DNA from: an uncultured Rhodospirillaceae bacterium
GTDB lineage: Bacteria; Pseudomonadota; Alphaproteobacteria; SP197
Assembly (NCBI GenBank): GCA_937880925.1
Contig: CALGGB010000312.1
Coordinates: forward strand, 60-64,059
Length of the DNA: 64,000 nucleotides
Direction: 5' to 3'
Below, piece after piece: positions 59,792-64,000 of this stretch (position 1 is the stretch's first letter; each line of letters begins with the position of its first letter). Made by a program: the position numbers and the translations under genes. The notes under the pieces were generated by a model. That model did no database searches and had not been told where the DNA came from. It worked only from the letters and a program-made list of their open reading frames with translations.

Positions 59792-60643
59792 TCACCCGTC
59801 GTACCCTTCGGGGATGTAGCCGAAGCGGGCCATCTGCTCGCGGTGTACGGCGACGACCCGGTGAATCTGCTCAGGGCTGAGCACATCGCGCCAGCCGCCG
59901 GCGCGGCCTTCGCGGAAGAAATGTTGCTGGGCGGCCGAGCGTTCGGGGAAGCCTTCGGTTTCCTCCTGCTTGCGCAGCTCCTTGAAGTCGGAGTGGCGCA
60001 CGGCCCGCTCCAGGCGCTCTTCGGTGGCTTCCAGGCGCAGGAAGGCTGTCACCTTGCGGAAGGTGCCTACGGGATCGGCGATCAGATCCTCGTAGCGCAC
60101 GATGTGGAGACCGGGCCCGGGTCTGGCGGTCCAGCTCAGGACGTTCTGCGACCAGCTTCCCAGGACCTCGTTGATGCCCTCGTCGACCCGCGGCATGACC
60201 AGGCTGTCGGTCGCCATCAGGGTGATCGCCTTGTCGATCGTGATGCCTTCGAAATCGGCGAACGAGATCGCCACGTCGAGCGGATTGCGCACGATGTAGA
60301 TCGCCCCGGTGGAAACCTGCAGGTTGACCGTGGGATGGCCGGCGATGCGCATGACCGGCGCGTGGATCTTGCAGAAGACGGTGCCCTGGTGGCCCTCGGC
60401 GATCAGCTTCTGGGCCGGTGCACGCATGCGGTCGATGTCGGCCACACTCCACTTCTCGGGTGGGCGCGGATCGAGCGGCAGGAACCATTTCAGGGTCGTT
60501 GCGGCCGTGGTGATGCCGCCGCCGCCCATTTCCTTCAGCGGCAGGGGCTCGCGCGCATTGGTGAACAGGTTGTGCAGCAGCGCGCGCATCCAGGTGTTGC
60601 CGGATTTCGGGTAGGAGGCCAGCCAGATGATGTTGCCCATCAC
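59792..60643 (-). CDS. PAPS-dependent sulfotransferase family protein, paralog 9 of 10 (subtype B)
   Basis: MMGNIIWLASYPKSGNTW, CKIHAPV, IVRNPLDV, FFREGRAGGWR. Either Met may be the start; the second gives an ATGA-type overlap with paralog 10. Confidence 0.85.
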   Translation of the reverse strand: MMGNIIWLASYPKSGNTWMRALLHNLFTNAREPLPLKEMGGGGITTAATTLKWFLPLDPRPPEKWSVADIDRMRAPAQKLIAEGHQGTVFCKIHAPVMRIAGHPTVNLQVSTGAIYIVRNPLDVAISFADFEGITIDKAITLMATDSLVMPRVDEGINEVLGSWSQNVLSWTARPGPGLHIVRYEDLIADPVGTFRKVTAFLRLEATEERLERAVRHSDFKELRKQEETEGFPERSAAQQHFFREGRAGGWRDVLSPEQIHRVVAVHREQMARFGYIPEGYDG

Positions 60644-61488
60644 GCCACCGCCGAGTGGTCAGCCTTGAGATAGCCAAAGCGCTGCATCTGGATGCGATGG
60701 CGCTGCTCGATGGCCCGTGCCAGTTCGCCCGCCAGCTCGCGCCGCCAGGCGCCGGCCACGCCCTTGCGGAAGAAGCGGTCCGCATGGCCGGGGCGCTCGC
60801 GGAAGCCGCGCTTCTTCTCCTGATCGGCAAGCGCCTTGAAGGAACTGTTGCGCAGCGCCGCATTGAGCCTGGGCGCAGGCACATCCAGGCCCAGGAACCG
60901 GGTGACGCCGGTGAAACACCTGATGGTGTCGCGCAGCATGTCCTCGTAGCGCACGACATGGAGTCCCGGACTCGCCTGCGCGGTCCAGCTTTCGACATGC
61001 TGGGACCAGCTCCCGATGACATCGGGCATCATGGCGGCGCTGGCGTCGGTGTGCGCGTTGTCAGTGGCCATCAGTTCGACGATGCGTTCGTGGGACTGAC
61101 CCAGGTGATGGGCAAAGGAAAGCGCGACATCGCGGGGATCGCGCACGATGTAGATCGCGCCGGCGGTGACACCCATGTCGATGGTGTCGGCGCCGTAGAT
61201 GTGCAGCAAGGCGCTGTGGGTCTTGACGAAGCGGGAGCCCGAGGCCGCCCCGGCGAGGCTCTGCTGGACCTTGCCGCGCAGACCGATCGCCTGCTCGACC
61301 GTCAGGCTGTCGGCCGGCTTGCCCGCGATTCCGGCGTAGAGCGCGGGATCGACATCGCCCCCGGTCAGTTCGTCGAGCCGGTTGATGTCATGCGGCGACG
61401 GCGCGGCCAGCATCAGGTTGTGCAGGAAGGCGCGCATCCAGGTGTTTCCCGACTTCGGGTAGGAGGCGAGCCAGACGATTTTTCCCAT
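60640..61488 (-). CDS. PAPS-dependent sulfotransferase family protein, paralog 10 of 10 (subtype B), first gene of the array
   Basis: MGKIVWLASYPKSGNTW, VKTHSAL, IVRDPRDV, FFRKGVAGAWR, C-terminal MQRFGYLKADHSAVA. Confidence 0.85.
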   Translation of the reverse strand: MGKIVWLASYPKSGNTWMRAFLHNLMLAAPSPHDINRLDELTGGDVDPALYAGIAGKPADSLTVEQAIGLRGKVQQSLAGAASGSRFVKTHSALLHIYGADTIDMGVTAGAIYIVRDPRDVALSFAHHLGQSHERIVELMATDNAHTDASAAMMPDVIGSWSQHVESWTAQASPGLHVVRYEDMLRDTIRCFTGVTRFLGLDVPAPRLNAALRNSSFKALADQEKKRGFRERPGHADRFFRKGVAGAWRRELAGELARAIEQRHRIQMQRFGYLKADHSAVA

Positions 61489-61599
61489 GATTCCCGGCGT
61501 TTGGCTGCGGCGGAGTGAGCCGGGACATCTAGCATGAAGGCGGCCGCAGGGGCCAGCCCCGGACCATCATGATGCTCCGCGCCATCCCGGACGCAGGGC

Positions 61600-61630
61600 A
61601 AAAAGAAAGGGGCGGTCCGAAGACCGCCCC
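61600..61630 (-). terminator. rho-independent terminator of the porin gene (minus strand)
   Basis: On the minus strand GGGGCGGTC-ttcg-GACCGCCCC is followed by TTTCTTTTT. It separates the porin gene from the sulfotransferase array. Confidence 0.75.
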
Positions 61631-61653
61631 TTCCCGATCGGATCTGGTGAAGC

Positions 61654-62859
61654 TTAGAAGCTCACCATGATGCCGGCACCAGCGAAGTACGAGTCGTACT
61701 CCCGGCTGGCAGCGCCATCGTTGAACTGATCGAAGCCGACAGTACCGGTGACGGCAATGCCCGGGCCCATGTCGTACTGGGCCTGGACGCGGTAGGCATC
61801 GAACTTGTCGGTGACACCATTACCCGCACCGGCAATCGGACCGGCCGCGACGCCAAGGGCGCCCGGAGCGAAATCGGTCTCAGCGTGCAGCCAGTAAGCA
61901 CCCATCGACCAGGCGCCGTCCGACCAGTACGCAATACCGAGGTCCATCGCCCACTGATCGGTGCCCGCGAAGCCACGCATGTTGGACACGTTCAGGTACG
62001 AACCACCGAAGCCCCAGTTGCCGTAGTACAGAACCAGGCCGGCGTTGTAGGCCTCATGATCCTTGGCCTGGATGCTCGGGCTGACCGTGCTGCCGACTGC
62101 CTGGTCATAACCCAGGGCAACCGTCACGCCCAGATCGCCGATCTCGCCGTCGTAACGGCCGGCAATCGACCACTCTTCGGCCAGCGCGGGAGCGGTACCG
62201 GTGCTCGCCGTGCGGGTGCCGAGGAAGTAACCGCCGCCCGAACGGGCTTCGCCCTGGCTCGGCGCATAGCTGATGCCGAACTGGAAGCCGTTGAAGACCG
62301 GGGTGAAGTACATCAGCTGCGCATCGTCGCCCGTCATACCGGGGAAGGTCGCGAACGTGGCATAGCCAGCGCCAGCGGCCGTACGGCCGGTTGCCGAGAA
62401 GAACTGCGACAGACCGTTGGTGAAGACGGTCGCCGAGTTCGCCCCGAACAGGTAGTTCAGGTAGGGAGCCGCGGTCGCCATCGAGTACGACACGGGATCG
62501 TCGTTGCCGACACGGAACGTACCGAACGAGCCCTCGAGGTAGACGTAGGTCTCGTCCTGCTGGTCGCCCTGGGTCTCACCCTCGAGCTCGAAGCGGACAC
62601 CAACCTCGAGACCATTGTCGAGGACGGTCTTGCCCTTGAACTGGATCTCGCCGTCGAAGACGATGCGGTTGTCGTAGCGGTTGAAACCGGGCTGTGCCGG
62701 CAGGGATGCCGTCGCGGCGTTCGAATCGTTGTCGCCGATCCAGGTAGCCCAATTCTGATAGCCACCAACGTTCAGCTCGATCGGATCGGCCGCCTGCGCC
62801 TGCTGCGCGACGAGACCCGCCGAGACAAGCGCCGTGGTTCCAAGAAGAACCTTCTTCAT
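61654..62859 (-). CDS. outer-membrane porin (alphaproteobacterial porin family)
   Basis: Signal peptide MKKVLLGTTALVSAGLVAQQAQA, a Gly/Tyr-rich amphipathic beta-strand pattern and a C-terminal …GAGIMVSF with terminal Phe. I use the ATG at 62859. Confidence 0.7.
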   Translation of the reverse strand: MKKVLLGTTALVSAGLVAQQAQAADPIELNVGGYQNWATWIGDNDSNAATASLPAQPGFNRYDNRIVFDGEIQFKGKTVLDNGLEVGVRFELEGETQGDQQDETYVYLEGSFGTFRVGNDDPVSYSMATAAPYLNYLFGANSATVFTNGLSQFFSATGRTAAGAGYATFATFPGMTGDDAQLMYFTPVFNGFQFGISYAPSQGEARSGGGYFLGTRTASTGTAPALAEEWSIAGRYDGEIGDLGVTVALGYDQAVGSTVSPSIQAKDHEAYNAGLVLYYGNWGFGGSYLNVSNMRGFAGTDQWAMDLGIAYWSDGAWSMGAYWLHAETDFAPGALGVAAGPIAGAGNGVTDKFDAYRVQAQYDMGPGIAVTGTVGFDQFNDGAASREYDSYFAGAGIMVSF

Positions 62860-63224
62860 TTGCGCAAACCTCCTAGGACTGCTCATTTGCCAAGCGTCTT
62901 TCCAGGATTGGAAAGAAGACCGATGTCCGATCCCCCGATCCCCTGCCCTGTTGTTCCCTTCGCGGGAAACGCCAGTGCAGGGGCCTCAATATCGAAGTGA
63001 CCGTCTGCCGGTTTCGCGAGCACAAGCTAACAAGCCGGGCACCGGTGCTCCACAGCAAAAGCGGGGTGTTGTGGTCTTTGCGGCGCACTGTTGCATTCTT
63101 GCACCAGAAGGTGGCCCGGAAACGGCCGCATTATATAGGTGATATGGCGCTTGCCCGCACGGCGCTCCTGCGCCAAGGTGCGGCCGTCCACAGCCTAGGG
63201 CCTGCGTTGACCTTGTCCAGCATC

Positions 63225-63806
63225 GTGTTTCCGTTCGAATCGCTTCGCCGCATCCTGACGCGGAGCGGTCTAGTCCTGCCGCTGGCTGCCGCCGGCCTGC
63301 TGTTCGTGCTTTCGGGTTGCAGCACGGCCACCTACGACGGCATCGAGGATACGACGCGTTGTCCGGAGGGCCGCTGCCCCGATGTCGACGATCCCAACCG
63401 CCAGACCGTGTTCGGCACGGGCGGCATCGGTACCCTGTTCTCGGACGGCGACTCGGCCGATCAGGGCGGTGGCGGCAGCGGCATCGGCGTCAACGCCTTC
63501 CTGTGGCGCGCTTCGCTCGACACCTTCGCGTTCCTGCCGCCGTTTTCGGCCGATCCGCTGGGCGGCGTCATTATTTATGACTGGTACGCGCCGGCCGAGA
63601 CCCCTGGCGAACGCCTGAAGGTGACGGTCTATATCCTCGACACCCGGCTGCGCGCCGATGCGGTGCAGGTCAATGTCTTCCGCCAGCTCCGCGGCGCCGA
63701 CGGCAGCTGGTACGACGCCGCGGTCGAGGAAGGCACCAATGCCGCGCTCGAGGACGCCATTCTCACCCGCGCCCGCCAGCTCCGCATCGCACAGCTCGGC
63801 CAGTAA
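63225..63806 (+). CDS. DUF3035-like lipoprotein
   Basis: Lipobox LAAAGLLFVLSGC in the lipoprotein signal. A Gly-rich region and a conserved C-terminal domain (…YILDTRLRADAVQVNVFRQ…) follow. The start is uncertain: I chose the GTG at 63225, and the ORF is open from 62997. Confidence 0.5.
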   Translation: MFPFESLRRILTRSGLVLPLAAAGLLFVLSGCSTATYDGIEDTTRCPEGRCPDVDDPNRQTVFGTGGIGTLFSDGDSADQGGGGSGIGVNAFLWRASLDTFAFLPPFSADPLGGVIIYDWYAPAETPGERLKVTVYILDTRLRADAVQVNVFRQLRGADGSWYDAAVEEGTNAALEDAILTRARQLRIAQLGQ

Positions 63807-63916
63807 GGCCCGCAGGCAGACCCATCGCGCCACGCGGCCATCGCCTGTTGGCGTCGGCGCTGCGCATGGTTTAGCTTGCGCCACCCCGCAACAGATGAAG
63901 GCCGCGCCGCACCGTC

Positions 63917-64000
63917 ATGGCACGTGAACGCTACAATTTCCGCGAGGCCGAGCCCCGCTGGCAGAAGGCGTGGGAGGCGGCCGGCAGCTTCGAGGCCGGG
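63917..64000 (+). CDS. leuS: leucine--tRNA ligase LeuS, N-terminal fragment (continues beyond window)
   Basis: MARERYNFREAEPRWQKAWEAAGSFEAG matches the LeuS N-terminus (ERYN.REAEP.WQ). Confidence 0.6.
   Translation, partial: MARERYNFREAEPRWQKAWEAAGSFEAG

Noticed and set aside
62890-63120. NtrC/LuxO-like half-sites (TTGCATTCTTGCACCAGAAGGTGGCC) in the porin / lipoprotein divergent region
   Set aside because: It resembles TGCACC-N5-GGTGCA only partially (the second half is GTGGCC), and a single occurrence gives no statistical support. A genome-wide motif search would be needed.
63225-63260. tRNA-like TTCGAAT motif (…CCGTTCGAATCGC…)
   Set aside because: The flanks cannot form a T-stem or acceptor stem, and the motif sits inside the signal-peptide coding region of the lipoprotein ORF.

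Overview
This is a high-GC (~65-68%) alphaproteobacterial chromosomal segment (Rhodospirillales/Rhizobiales-like codon usage). Most of it is housekeeping. One conserved block runs miaB-phoH-ybeY-corC-lnt-HTH-metK-trmB; also present are trpS, yggS, ftsK, dapC, tsaB/rimI, amtB, olsBA, mucR and irr, with leuS starting at the window end.

Four regions stand out:
- **Sulfotransferase array (52998-61488).** Ten diverged PAPS-type sulfotransferase paralogs of ~278-286 aa sit head-to-tail on the minus strand. Most junctions are overlapping or 2-9 nt apart. The array lies between a porin gene and yggS and is translationally coupled to yggS.
- **LuxO-type phosphorelay (5451-10639).** A small periplasmic protein, a hybrid kinase with fused REC and Hpt domains, and a clear LuxO ortholog are encoded in a row. 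Downstream are a LuxO-box-like TTGCA-N3-CGCAA site and a sigma-54 promoter in front of a secreted SCPU/Csu-pilin-like gene.
- **Acyl-ACP modification operon (44711-50201).** A membrane fatty-acid hydroxylase/desaturase, a PrpD/MmgE protein, a MaoC hot-dog dehydratase, a short cytochrome P450, an acyl carrier protein and an alpha/beta hydrolase form one minus-strand operon. A LysR gene is divergent.
- **AT-rich island (1-347).** The left edge of the window is ~40% GC and encodes one orphan ORF.

Smaller observations include three tandem EamA transporters after an amidase, and amtB without glnK but with a sigma-54 promoter and a 20-bp-arm hairpin upstream. There is a tsaB-rimI in-frame fusion and an orphan GH19 endolysin-like gene. 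I also list several palindromes and hairpins at regulatory positions. I found no CRISPR array, rRNA or clear tRNA.
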